A stretch of DNA of 61,815 nt, counting the filler, from Choristocarpus tenellus KU-1152 (Eukaryota > Protista > Phaeophyceae): the NCBI GenBank assembly GCA_964200185.2. It is 11 parts of 11 records of this genome, joined end to end, with 100 filler letters (N's around TTAATTAATTAA, not from the genome) between each part and the next. Parts side by side here need not be neighbours in the genome. Positions count along the whole stretch, not along the records: positions 33,439 to 45,759 come from CAXNAD020001874.1; positions 45,860 to 50,491 come from CAXNAD020013712.1; positions 50,592 to 58,846 come from CAXNAD020004930.1; 8 more parts are not named here. One strand, written 5' to 3'. The notes beneath the pieces are model-generated. The model did no database searches, was not told the origin of the DNA, and saw only the letters and a program-made list of their open reading frames with translations. The position numbers and the translations under genes were made by a program. Numbering within the stretch: the first letter of the stretch is position 1; each line of letters starts with the position of its first letter. This document shows positions 37,851-51,115 of the stretch, in pieces.

Positions 37851-40800
37851 GATGTGAGAGTACGGATCATTGCTCCTTGTTCTACCGTGTGCAAGTCATC
37901 TGTCCTTTGCATATGATGGTAAGGAGAGGCAAGAGTAGTACTTCATAGAACAATCCATGCTGGTGATGATGCACAAATGCCCCCTCTCCTGTGGGGAAGT
38001 CACGTTTCACTCATCAGTGAAACCACAGAACTTGGATCTGTTGTTTCTTGTATGCTGTACAAAGTCTTTACATGGACCTAATATTGACAGTGCAACAGTG
38101 ACTTAAGTATGTTAGTGCTTTCTGTATATTTATTTGAGGTAGCGTTTTACTCAAGTTTTGGTTGTAGAAGTATGAGAGCAATCCCCAGTAGTGGATGGGC
38201 TTGACCATTGTGTGTGTTGTTTGTCTGCAGATGTTCAGGCAATACAGTGAAAGCAATAGACTATCCTTTTAAAGGTATATACAAACATCTTGTATGCAAC
38301 ATCTTAAGAAGCGATCATTCAACTGTTTGCTGCAAAGCATACCTACACAGGTCGAGCAAGGGATTCGCCAATTTCGGCAAGCAACAACCGTTACACATAG
38401 ATACACCTCACAGATTGCCCTTTCTATCATTTGCTGGTAAACTGATAGCTAATCAATTTACCAACTCCAAATTTTGTGGTTGCTACACTTTTGTGTGTGT
38501 ACACCCTGCATGCACTACCTCTTAAATGCCTCCCTAGTGATGAATAAGAATGCTCTATGTGTGTGCCGCCACCTGTATTACCGCTTTGTCATGTTGCGAC
38601 ACCCCTAGCTGACCACAGACTGCCTACAGATGGTCAAGGAGCTCACATGCACGGTCTTTCCACATGAACATGCCCTGGCAGGTCAACCATATGCTAACAA
38701 CACGCCCTGCAACAACCTATCTCCTTCCGGGTCACTCCCAGCACACTGCTTTCAGCTATCCCAGCCACCAACAAGAAATTTTGGATGAGCCTTGACAAGG
38801 TTGAGAGTAGGCAAGTTTGCAGGGAAAATACACGCCATTGACTCATTCTGATACATGGGCTATTCTATTGGAGTAAGCTCTTATATTTGTGCTTCTACCC
38901 CCATCCCTTAGCCTTGGCATGGTTCTATATCACAGGGGGATGCATACGTTCAACAAAAATCTTGAATTGATGCCTCACAATATCAAATGATGAACTGAAG
39001 AGGTGAGACCGAATATTCAGGCCAAACGTTTACAGGCATATTGTTCTTGTTGTGGATTTGACTCCGAAACACATCCTGCTTATGTGGAGTAGTAATGCAT
39101 CACATTTGGTAAGTTGTTCCTGTCATCTTGTTTGTGTGATTGGATACTGGGTTAAGAGGTAGGTATATTAAACAATTCTTGCGTCTATTGCCAAAGAAGT
39201 AAGAACTATATAAAATACCAATCCATGTCATAATCACACATCATCTCAACGATGACTAAAAAAAATCGGAAATTATGAATTGTCTCACCAACACTGACAC
39301 TAGTACAGGGTGCACTTCTAGATAGAGTTCTGGAAGGCCATTTTAATGTTACATGTGTGTGTGGCATTTATTTTGCAAAATGAGTTGCTTGATCTGGGCA
39401 CACCTTCCTCTTTGATCCCCATGATTGTGTGTGTGAAGCGCTTTTGTACAGCATCCTCCCTTCAACATGCAGCTTCATGAAATTTACGTGGGATGAGAAG
39501 TGGGTTACAGAAGGTGATGAATGAGGGGCACCATCAACGCAGAAGCAGAGTGAGAACACATGGAGAATAGTACCGGGTTAAGGGAGTAGTAAACCGCCAA
39601 TGCACAAGCAAGGAGTATTGCTGGGCACAGTTTATCGAAGTGCAGGCTGGATGCAGAAGGATAACAAGTAAAGGAAGAACGATTTGCTGACTTTGTAGTG
39701 TTTTGTTGTTGACATGAGATACGATATATACACAGATACTTTGAAGTATGATTATGTTACATTAGTCACAACATGCAGGGAGAGGGTGAGATTCGTTACG
39801 GAATTAGAGGTTAGGATACAAATGAGAACGGACACATATTTCCAACAACAGGAGGAAAGGCAACAAACAATATGCCTATGGGTAGGATGCTGCATTCACA
39901 CTGCCGTATCCACTTCTAATTGCTAATTGGGCCATGAAAGCCAACATTTTCACTGAATCTGATAGAACGGCAATCAGCGCTGCTACATAATAATATGTAG
40001 CCGCAAAAAGACATTTGAAATTACAGTCCAGAACTCAATTTGAATCCGCTTCACCACCTCACCCCATCGAACACCTAGTTATTCCAAAACAATCAATGGA
40101 GGTTTTAACCCACCGATTGCGTTTGTGTTTTGACACAAGTGTGGTTTAACCCAGGTACCCTTATTGAGGATCGGAACAATTAGTGTGTAGAAGTAGAGTG
40201 TATAATATTGTTCATCTATACTCTCATTTTTCAGGGCACTACAAACAAACACATCAACTGTTCTTTTTCATTTTCGAGTAACTTTTCCACCAATAGACGG
40301 AGTAGACTGCATGCAACGAGCCGATAGAATGCATGGATTCAATCTGCAACGCCCACAACTACTACTTAGGTATCATATCTCAGAGTGGGGTGATCATTGA
40401 GAATTTGGGACCCAGCAGTCACAGGAGCGGCGATTCGTTCGGGTTTTGCTCCATGGCACAAAGTGATGATTTTTACCTGTCAAAAATAGCTACCCTCGCC
40501 TTTCTCACTAATTGGCAGCAAAAACTTTATGTTGTTCCCAAACATTAATGCACAAGTGTTAACAATGATATTTCATCACCATCATCACCGTATGTGCAAC
40601 ATTTTCTGAAAAAGACTATATATTCCTGATAAGAATTACTCCAACTATACCTAGCTAACAACTCCAGTGATATCTACCTGTGCCCTCAACTAAATGCAGC
40701 AACATCAAAAGAAAGCACCATGTAGGTAGGTCTACCAAGCACACCCATGTGAACAATACACGCCCATGCACAGTAAGTACATAAATGTGTATCACACACC

Positions 40801-41624
40801 CAAACACCCAAACACACACACACACACCAATCCCTCTCTCCTCAAGCACTAACTCAAACCATGATGGCAGCGCATATATCCATGCTACACAAAACCTGAT
40901 GCCATTCACCCCCTATAAGTAAGCACCCAATAAAACTAAAATGGTCACCAAAAGGAAATCAAAAGGCACACAAAAGATGCACATAAACACCTCTCGGCCT
41001 CAGAGCCTCATAATATACTTCATAAAAACACCTTCACGACGTTGGACTCACCCTCGAAGGCGGATCCCTCATGCTAAACCTAACCACAGACTCAAGCAAG
41101 CACATGTAAAACAGAAGTAGTAAACACAACGACATGTATCTTCCACCAAAACACCAATCAGTACTAAGGTGTTCAGGGTGCCCATCAACAAAAGAAGCAC
41201 AAGAACGGTTCCCACATACCCCATAAATCAACTGGCCACTGGCTTGAGGCCAGACAAACAATCAACTACAACAAGCATCCATCATATATCCTCTGCTTCA
41301 TCCTCCATTGCTCCCTTTGGGGGGTAAGATCTTAGGTCTCTACACCATTTACCTCTCTAGCCACACCAAATTCTATTCATGTCTCGAAACTCCTGTCTCC
41401 TCTTGCCATTTCCTACTTTGAAACTTTGCTTACTCCAACCTCGACCGTACCTCTTCAAAAAACGAACTGCTTTCCATCACAAACTCTCCCCATTCCCCAT
41501 TACCACCCTCAACCCTAGGTAGATAAAGGGCTCCCATTCACAACAAACCAACCATGAAAAGAACTCCAAACAATCTACACCATGTCTGTTACATTCCATA
41601 TGTTACATGCATCCAACTTCCAAG

Positions 41625-42470
41625 CTATCCTAGGGCTACAGTCACCAGCCCCCATGCTATGTAATACCCCACTGTAGCTACCACTGCCACAACCTTGCCC
41701 ACCACATTTTCCTTCTCAGCATCCTCCTCTTTCTTCTTTTTATTTTTTTCCCCTCCTAAGGCGACAGCAACATCTTTCTCCTTCCTTGCCCTCCCTCTCC
41801 ATGGCCTCCACCTCCCCCCTCTTCCCCCACCTCTCCTCCCTTCCTGCTCCGGAGTCAAGTCTGCGACTCCTTCGCCACCTTCCATTGCTCCAGAGCGGTC
41901 CTGCACCGCACCTTCCCGTTCCACTCCTGATCCACCTTGACTGCTGCCATCTCCTCTGCCCTCTCCATTGGCCCCACCACCCTCCCCAGAGTCCCTACTT
42001 GATCTCCTCCTTTGTATGGCACCACTATCCTCCCGCTTCTTCTTCAATGCATTCTTCTTTTCCTCCTTGACCTTCCTGATTCCCTCTGCCTCCTCCACTC
42101 TTTTCATCTCCTTGGCTTCTTTTTCAGCCCTAGCAGCTGCCTTCTTGGCCTCCTTGGCTGCCTTCTTGGCCTCCGCCTTTGTCAATTCCACCTTGACAAC
42201 TTCTTGGAATTCGCCCTGACCATTAATATCATGGGCCTTATCCTTTGTTGTGACACCTCTCTCATCATTTCCTGTTACCTCTGCTGCAGCTGCTTCAGTC
42301 ACAGTTTTATCTTTTGTCTCTACCTCCAGCACATCTTTCCCGGTCTCCTCTATCACCCTAGCCCCACCGAAAGGCAAATGGTTCTGTTCATGGAATGCAT
42401 CAACTTGGACGGTAGACTCCTCTCCTCCCACGTGGGCTCCTTCACTTGGCACCACTATTTCCTTTGCAAC
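41625..42470 (-). CDS. Terminal exon of a Lys/Glu-rich protein with a hydrophobic C-terminal tail
   Basis: 282-codon open exon after a polypyrimidine/CAG acceptor; KAEAKKAAKEAKK coiled coil; ends VVAVVATVGYYIAWGLVTVALG-stop. Confidence 0.75.
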   Translation of the reverse strand, partial: VAKEIVVPSEGAHVGGEESTVQVDAFHEQNHLPFGGARVIEETGKDVLEVETKDKTVTEAAAAEVTGNDERGVTTKDKAHDINGQGEFQEVVKVELTKAEAKKAAKEAKKAAARAEKEAKEMKRVEEAEGIRKVKEEKKNALKKKREDSGAIQRRRSSRDSGEGGGANGEGRGDGSSQGGSGVEREGAVQDRSGAMEGGEGVADLTPEQEGRRGGGRGGRWRPWRGRARKEKDVAVALGGEKNKKKKEEDAEKENVVGKVVAVVATVGYYIAWGLVTVALG

Positions 42471-42956
42471 CTGCTATAGAAGAGGAGTTTTTTTTTTTTT
42501 TCACATCAGAAAGATGAAATTCATTATTACACATCAGTCTTTCGAGTATTATTAACGTAACAGAGACGGAGGTTGGATGCTCCAAACATTGCAATGCTCT
42601 CTCTTCAGATATTTTAAAGCTACTATCATTACTAATATCATCACGGCTTCACAGCAAAAGGTCTTGATCTTCCAGTTGGAAAAATGGGGAACACAAATCT
42701 TCAAGGCGGGAGGTCAACTTGAAAAGAGACGTCAGTACAGAAAGAACAATATTTGCTATGGACCAAGAGTGATGCATTGATTTGTGTGATTGATGCGAGT
42801 ATTACATTTTCTATTTTGTACTAATAATTTGTACACTGCAGTACTCCCTCCAGCCCAACATATATAGTTTAGATTCGGGTCAGCATGCACCCTGACCTAT
42901 GTGCTGAACCTCACAGACAGGAGGGTGTTCACCACCACTTGGGCGGTACTTCTGAG

Positions 42957-43325
42957 GCTTTAAAGTATATGGGGGGGCGGGGCGGTGGGGGGTTCTACAC
43001 CAGGGTGTCCATTTGGGCCCTGACCAGGACAAATGAACTTACATTATCCGTCCAATGCATGCAACCAAATCACACAAAATCGCAACATGGAAAAATTGGC
43101 CCCGGATGGACAGCTGCAATTTTGCTGTGATTTTGGCTACTTGTTTGTTAGGAAGTGCTACTATCCTTGCTCTGGATATATACATGATATCTACTTTAAA
43201 AAGTATACAGTTTAACTACTCCGAAATGTTTCGTAGTAGGAAAATGTCACAAAAAAAACAGTGGGAAGCCAAGTCCCAAAAGGACAAACAGGGAAAACCT
43301 CATACCCTCAGAGATACTTTCACAA
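42957..43325. mobile_element. Chimeric MITE: subfamily C left part fused to subfamily A right part
   Basis: 42957-~43117 aligns with 23329-23476; ~43125-43325 aligns with the last ~190 bp of the 52558-52816 copy. Confidence 0.85.
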
Positions 43326-43351
43326 TTTACAAACAGGATGCTTAAGGGGAG

Positions 43352-43525
43352 GATGCCCTTGCCCGCCCTCCTAATGTGCGGTCTGCCCCCTCCCCCTTTG
43401 AAAGCTCATCTTCCTTGAACTAACAGCATCCCAATCCTCCTGAGCATGCCCTAGCCTGCCCTTCTAATGTGCACTCCCCCTCTGTACCCATGCCTTCCTC
43501 AAACTAACAGCATCCCAGTCTTCCC
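43352..43525. repeat. Imperfect ~90-bp tandem duplication
   Basis: atgccct...ctaatgtgc...aactaacagcatccca twice. Confidence 0.75.
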
Positions 43526-44473
43526 GTGTAGGACAACAACACTATGGAGATTTTTTACAGATAAGATAGAAAAGCTTACCGCTTAACTTATCTAAACCCT
43601 AACCCTCAACATCCACTGAGAAAACATAAGCCTACCGGTATCTGCATTGGGTATGGATAGGACCAGTGTGCACCTCATCATATCTCACTTCGCTTCACTT
43701 CACTTCACAGGCTTGGGTGCTTCATTAATGACAACTGCAGGCCCCTCGTCCCATACCAACGGATTAGACACCGATCAGGAACAGTCCGGCCCCCTTCTCT
43801 GCCTCAAAGCACTCTCTCCTCTGCTTTGCCGATGAATCAAACACACACGAATTGCTGCAGTCTGACAATCAAGGGGTATACCTTCTCATTGCCGACTCTG
43901 CATACCTCCTCTACCCCCCGCTAACCAGTACGAGCAACCAAAAAACTCAGAGGACAAGGGGACAAGCATATCACAAAAATGATTGCCAACAATGCAACGG
44001 CCCTACCAACTCAGCTCAACAGAAGAGGCTGGGCAATTCATTGGACATTAGTCCAATTGGGGGGCGATAATGAGGACGTCAAAGCTAGGATGTTCAGCCT
44101 AGCTTTGACACAAGGCATACCCTTTACTGATAAATGACCTGATCTGCTCTCGTGTGTTTGAAACATACTCCTCACTTTTGGTAGTAACACTAGGATCACG
44201 CCGTCCTTCACACAAAATCGTATTGAACACATTGACAATTGGGTTACTTAGGGTTAGGATTGCACATGAGTGTGTTTCCCATTTGTGTGTTTAGACCAAT
44301 AAGAAGTATAACCACAGTAGAGTCGTTATACACGCCCACTCCTTAAAGCAAACCCTCCTCAGACTACTACTGTACTTCTGGTCAATGACAAACATGAAAT
44401 GTATATATATATATATAAATAAATAACTGCACTGAATATATGTATGTATTGACCCTTTTCACAAGCGCCACCA

Positions 44474-44795
44474 TAGGGTTAGGGTTAGGGTTAGTCTCAA
44501 GTACCTTTGAATGCAATCTACGATAAACTGTACTTGCACCTCATTCAAGCTCAAAGGGGGAGGACTGCATCGCCAAGGAGAGGCGTTGCAGATAAAAGGT
44601 AAACACCAAAAAGAGATAATAATAGGTGAAAAGGTGCGGGGATTAGAGCATGTAGTAAAATCAGAGATAATAATAGGTGAAACTTCCGAGCATCCCCCCC
44701 AAAAATTGTTCCCCCAAGTGAATCACGGGACATTTGTTGTAAAGTAAAAATATCAACGCAAAGAAGTCTTATCAAGGGTTAGGGTTAGGGTTAGG
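44474..44795. repeat. Pair of interstitial (TTAGGG)n tracts bracketing ~280 bp
   Basis: tagggttagggttagggttag at 44474-44494 and gggttagggttagggttagg at 44776-44795. Confidence 0.8.
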
Positions 44796-46143
44796 ATCAA
44801 GGTTCGTTTATGCATCTTTCGAATCACAAAGAACCACAACAGCGTGAAGTGGTTAGATAGTGGAGCGTGGTCACCATTGGGCTCCTCGTGAAGACCAGAA
44901 TTTAACGTCCTTCAACCTCTCAACAATCACAATCCATCAACCACATCATCAGAACTGAATTACACTGAAATCACTTAAGGGTTGCCAAGGTCCAGAATGG
45001 GCGCCTGATGCACCCACCCCCCACCTAAGGTGCTACACGTCCCATACCTCCACATGCAATACTGATCACATTTTGTTCTCAACTGACTCAGCCAATATAT
45101 TCTTTGAGGAGAGGAAGGATGTGCCCTCTTTGCCTCCCTACACCCCCCCCCAAAAATACCACTCTTCAGATTTGTTCACTAGCATACATATCTGTGCAAT
45201 CGATCACTAGAGTGATGCTACTATACTGTAGTACAACATAAGCAACACAAGAGTGGCCTCCTATGTTAGGCATGGACACTCACTCACTCACAGACTTGAA
45301 AGTATTGGCAACAAAAAGTCATTCGCATGTAAGCACAAAGTAGTAGTAGACTAAGCAAATTAAAATTATATCATGACATCTGCCACCATTCCTCACATAC
45401 TACTACATACATCGTACTCACATACTGCTACATATATTGTACACACAATTAACAAAATGATGTCTGTCCTTCTACCCATTGCAGAACCAAAATAATATGG
45501 TACTTTGGAAATGGATCACATATATATATACTGTCACCAATTATGAAATAAAGATAACTGTCATTATAAAATAAAGAATTAACACCACGATGCCTGTCAC
45601 CCTACTAACAACTCATATTTTTGAAAATAAAAATATCTCTACTCTTTTTTTGTTTCAATATACCATACATACATGGCAGTGCTCACTGGCCTTTACCCCA
45701 GACCAACTTTACCTTAGGGTTAGGGGGGGGGGGTAGGGGAAGGGTCACATAGCGTAGCTNNNNNNNNNNNNNNNNNNNNNNNNNNNNNNNNNNNNNNNNN
45801 NNNTTAATTAATTAANNNNNNNNNNNNNNNNNNNNNNNNNNNNNNNNNNNNNNNNNNNNTTTTTTTTTGTTTTGTGGTCGAATTCCTCCGGCCGGTTTGT
45901 GGCCCCCTTTTTTCTTTTTTTTTTTAGTGCATGAGCATTGTGATCGCCTCCCATGGTTTGGAAGGGCGGGTGGGTTGCTGCTGTGGTAGACAGTCTCGGT
46001 CGGTCTCCAGACATGAACATCACGCAAAATTCGAGGAGATTTGCTTGTTTTGTTGTCCAAAATGTCCACGATGTGTGTGCACTGTTGACGATTCAGGCAC
46101 AGGTGTTAACAAAGAGACTCACAGGCGCATCAGTAAAAATGCG

Positions 46144-46180
<37 letters not shown>

Positions 46181-47102
46181 GGCATTCTGTTTTGTGTAGA
46201 CATCCCTTCCTGCGATTATACAACTCCGAATTCATGGCGGTGCAATTGGTCGCTGTAGTAGAGCACTCAGACCTCACTTGGCATCTTGCCATACGTACTA
46301 TTAAGTTTTCACTACTAAGTATGTAGATGGGGTGGCTCTCCTACACTAAAGAAACTGAAGACGCAACAGAAAAGGGCAGTGGAAGAGAGTAGTGCATTTA
46401 TTGAGGAGCATGAGCTCCTCCCCCATCACTGCCCCTCCCCACTTACCTAATCCGTGGACTCTCTTCTGCCTCTCTTTGAATACTGTCCTCTCACATTCTC
46501 CTGTGGGGCCCTTCTGTTCTTTAAAAGAGCGGGTCTGGAACGGATTGGTTCAATAAGGTGGGCAACTGATATGGCAGAATGCTGGTCTCGACCAGGGATG
46601 GCTTGGCCGGGTGGTGAGGGGGGGGGCAACTGGCCATGAAAAAAAACATGAAAAAAATCGCCTGGACGCTTCTTCGATCGGAAGGGAACTAAAATGAAGC
46701 GGTAGCCTTGTGTGTGAGAATAGAGTTGGGTTTGTTGTCAATTGCAAAAAAATAACATTGAATTGGTCTATAGCACTCTTTGTTGATTCCTCGACCCTTG
46801 ATGAGTGCTTGAGGGTCTTCCTAGGTGAGAGGTGATACGTACAAAGAGCTGGGCGTGGTGTGTGTGTCCTGCGAATACTTAAAGGCTGGAGACAAGAGCC
46901 CATGTATGTAGTTTGTTGCATTGCCGGTCGAACGAGAGTAAGTGTTTTGTGTTTTGTGCAGGGGGGGGGGGGGGGGGGGGGGTGCGTGGGGCTAGTGGGG
47001 GAGGGGGGGGTGGGGGTTGGGGGGAGTGTTGTTTGTCGGGGGTTGCGGCGTTTTTNNNNNNNNNNTGGTGTTCGTTGTGGGCGGTAGGGTTGGTGTTTTG
47101 TG

Positions 47103-47139
<37 letters not shown>

Positions 47140-48199
47140 GTCTGTCGACCTGGAGAGGAGAAGCGTTTGTGCCATGGAATGCTTTTGATAGTTCAGATTC
47201 CCTGAGCTACTACTACTACATACATACTATATACAACTGGTGCACTTTCCCCATGTAATGTGTGCGTTGGGGGATGGGTTGTGCCATGGAGCTCGTGCTT
47301 TTTAAGTCATGCAGCAACAGCTAAGGCTTTTTGCCCACACCTTGGTGTAAGCTGTCCTTAGGTAATAAAGGAACCCATTGAATTGCATTTTTGAGTGGAG
47401 GGTCAATATTTGTTAGTATTGCCTCACTATGATGGAGTGTTGGGTGCATCCCTCAATGGTTTACTCTCTCACTTCCCAACAGCTTGAGTGATGTACCACG
47501 ATGAACAGTAACTATTTTCTGCCCCAGAGGCTCATCAAGCATGCCAGCTGAAGTGGAAGTGATTTGACCCGTTAGTATGGTGTTCTTAATTAGCAATGGG
47601 AGTGTTCAGCGTAACCAACAGTTCTCCTTGTCACACTGCCCAGCTCTTTGCCCTTGAAATGATCCCTGTGAACCTGCCTACTTGATTAATATATACATAA
47701 TTGTACAGCACAGATTTAGACCTCACCACCTTACTCGACCTGGTATCATTTTCGGCACATTGTCTTGCTTCTGTTATGTGTGGTGTACCCATCAAACCGA
47801 CCATGTAATGTAATGTAACTGTAATGTAGAACTCAAATCTATCGATCTTGATAGTGGAAAGCGGAATATGAATAGCACCACCCCTATGATCGTGTGTCCG
47901 TAGTACAAAAACAGAGTAAGCAATTGTATCCTATTATTTTTGTGGTACCAATTCAATACATTTTACAAGATTTTTTTTATATGTGATGGTTGATGCATTT
48001 TGGGGATGAAACAGATTGTTCTGCATATTTCAAAGACAAGTGACCAAAGTTGGTCTAGGGAACTGTCTCACATGCTCTCGGTACGTAGGCTCCTCTTCTT
48101 CGCTGTTTGCAAAATAGGCACAATGTAGTACTGAAAAAAAAAGATGTACTGTGTAGGTACATTGTCAAGAGTTACGACAAAATATTATCATTCCTAAGT

Positions 48200-49230
48200 A
48201 GAAACAGACAAATCTCGTAACGCAGCTCCTCTTCGGCGGTTGGTTAAGAAATAGGTGTATCACACGAGAAATGGACAACCCTCGTAATGTATCAATTCTA
48301 CGGCTGTTACAAATCAGGGGTGGGACACAGCACAAGTGGAAAACTAACACAATGTAGCTCATCTTTGTCAGTTGCCAAAGGCACCAAAAACGTCTTGCAC
48401 TGTGGGTCCATCTTCGCGGTTATAAAATAACTACGACTGAGTACAGACAAAACTCGAAAGGATCATCTCCTCGGTCGTTTCAAAATAGGTAAATCACAGT
48501 ACAAATAAACAACTCTCGCGTATTGTACCTCCTCCTTGGCAGTTACAACTACATCACACATAGTAGAATGGACACCTCTCGCAATGTACAATCACTTCGG
48601 CAGTTACACAATAGGTACATCGCAGAAGTGGACAACTCTCGGAACGTAGAACCCCTTTGGCGGTTACAGTGTGGGTATTTTTTAGTAGAACAGACAACTC
48701 TGGAAATGTAGGTCCTCTTTGGCGATTACAATTTAGGTACATCACACATAGTAGAACGGACAAGTCTCGAAATTTAAAATCACTTTCGCGGTTACAGCAT
48801 AGGTACATCACAGAAGTGGACAATTCTCGAAACGAAAAACCTTTTTTGCTGGTTGCAGTATAGGTCTATCATAGGACAGACAACTCTAGTAATGTAGTTC
48901 CTCTTTGGTGGTTACAATTTAGGTACATCACACATAGTAGAACGGACAAGTCTCGAAATGTAAAATCACTTCGCCGGTTACACCATACGTATATCACAGA
49001 AGTGGACAACTCCCGACATGTAGCACATCTTTGACGGTTGCAGTGTAGGTCTATTATAGTAGAATGGACAACTCTAGAAATGTTGATCGTCTTTGGCTAT
49101 TGCAAAAGAGGTACATCAGACATAGTAGAATGGGCAACTCTCCTAATGCAAAATCACTTCTGTGGTTACACAATAGGTGTACATCATATAAGTGGACAAC
49201 TCTCCAAACGTAACACCTCTTTGGCGATTT
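48200..49230. repeat. Satellite: ~62-bp monomers in a ~187-bp three-monomer higher-order repeat
   Basis: acatca(c/g)acatagtagaa at 48551, 48739, 48925 and 49113; each monomer has aggta..(g)gacaactct..aatgta..cggttaca. Confidence 0.9.
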
Positions 49231-49837
49231 TGTTATAGCACGCTCCAGAAGCTAACCTCCGCAGGTCTATAGACGATGCTGATGCTCGTACAAGCCTCCC
49301 GGGATACTCCAACAGTCAAAGGGTCCAATGGAGGTCAATGAACGTCAGGTCAGCAGAACAGGAGGTACTTTTCTCTTTCAACGTCAGTATGTATATAGCA
49401 TCAGAATCAAAGAAAACGTTTCTGAAGAGGGGCCTTTTATTAAGCAGCGCTATTTATTTTCTTTTATTGTCATCTGCGTTTTATTTCGTTTTGGTTAACA
49501 GAAGTTGGAATACCTCTGAAAACTGTTGCATACATTCCCAAGTTATAGATCTTACTCTGCCATTTTTAGCAAATCGGAGTTCCTCTTTATAAGGTTCACT
49601 ACACGTATATACTGCTCATGCTTGTTAGAACCAGGGAAGAAATTTTTGCGCTCTTCGCCTGTAACATGTCCCCCTGTGTGAACTAGGAATGCATGTTTCA
49701 CACTTAGCATAGGTGATTGTCAAGGATCAAGACAATAAATATCATCCATCACCTCAGATCGTGCTGCAGCAGCATGTATTGATCGCCATTTAATGACATA
49801 GGGGTTCCAGTTCCGAATATGCGAGTTATTTCCAACA

Positions 49838-49999
49838 GGCTCAAAAGTATCTGGGGTGGGGTGGGGGCTGTCCATTTGGGGTCAATTTTTTCATGTCGGA
49901 ATTTTCGGGTGATTTGGTTGCGTACGTCGGGTGGATAATGTAAGTGCACTTTTCCTGGTTATGGACTAAATGGATACCCCCCCCCAGATACTTTGGGCC
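49838..49999. mobile_element. MITE subfamily C, complete
   Basis: TIRs ggctcaaaagtatctgggg / ccccagatactttgggcc; ACA on both flanks. Confidence 0.88.
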
Positions 50000-50431
50000 A
50001 CACCGGGACTCCAGTTCCAAATTAACCAGTTATTTCCAACAATGATCGACATATCTCTGAGGTTCTTTTGAGATTGGATCCCCAAACGTCGTAAGACACA
50101 ATCAGAATCAATAAATAAATGTCTGACCAAATCAGAGTATATACTTTCATTTTTAAAAGTATATCTCCGACTAGGTCCAAAATAGATCAACAGATACCTT
50201 GGTTTTTCTTGGGATAATCTGTCCCAAGAGCCACAGAAATCCATGAAAGTCAGTTTACACCTGGTCTAATCTGAGTGTATTCTTGCTCCTTCTGAAACAA
50301 ACCTTCAAAATTTACAAAGCATACATCCCTGACATGGCTTAGAATAAATGGGTCCCCAGTTCCGATCTCCCTAATCACGAATGTGATTAATTTATATCCA
50401 TGTTCCCTTTGAAAGTGTCTGTCCACAAGGT

Positions 50432-50491
50432 GACTCAAAGTATCTGGGGGGGGGGGGGGGGTTTGTGAGGGGGCGTTCGTTTCGGTCAAAC
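50432..50491. mobile_element. MITE subfamily B fragment at contig end
   Basis: gactcaaagtatct-polyG-tttgtgagggggcgttcgtttcggtcaaac is the reverse complement of the 18020-type end. Confidence 0.85.
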
Positions 50492-50591
50492 NNNNNNNNN
50501 NNNNNNNNNNNNNNNNNNNNNNNNNNNNNNNNNNNTTAATTAATTAANNNNNNNNNNNNNNNNNNNNNNNNNNNNNNNNNNNNNNNNNNNN

Positions 50592-50664
50592 TTTCCTTAT
50601 TTTGACCAAAATGACCCCCCTGGTGTACCCCCCCCCCCCCCCCCCCCCACAGATACTTTGGGTC
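50592..50664. mobile_element. MITE terminal fragment (C-related variant) at contig start
   Basis: ccctggtgta-polyC-agatactttgggtc. Confidence 0.75.
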
Positions 50665-51115
50665 TATCCGACTCTCTCCTAGAGACCAATCATCTTTTGT
50701 TAGCTTTTTGTTGTGTTAGTATTGTCTCGATGGTGAAGGCCAGTGCTAAACACTTACCAGTGCATGTGAGGTACTGTAGAGTGTATATCGGCACATTTGC
50801 TCCAATTGCTTTAAAAAAAAAGTCCCCTCCAGTGCAAAAGGTTTACACTTACATTAAGAATGATGAAATTGTGTAACGATTTCTATGAGTGATGGTTTCA
50901 ATGAGAGACTCACAGGAGCGGATTGGGGATGAGACTGCACAGCCAACAATACCTCTCTTACCCACACACACCAGGACAAATATAGTTTACTTTTAGAGTT
51001 GATTATTTGGGCAAGATGGATGAGGGCTGACAGTGCCAAGATACATGATTGGAGAGCAAGTGTTGAGCTGATACAGTGATAACTATGGCATTATCACAAT
51101 GATTATACATGTTAC

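Noticed and set aside
46440-47205. Possible small minus-strand exons among G-rich tracts
   Set aside because: Several alternative frames, none identifiable
48200-49230. CRISPR-like array
   Set aside because: No identical repeats with unique spacers; whole units are homologous, there are no cas genes and the context is eukaryotic
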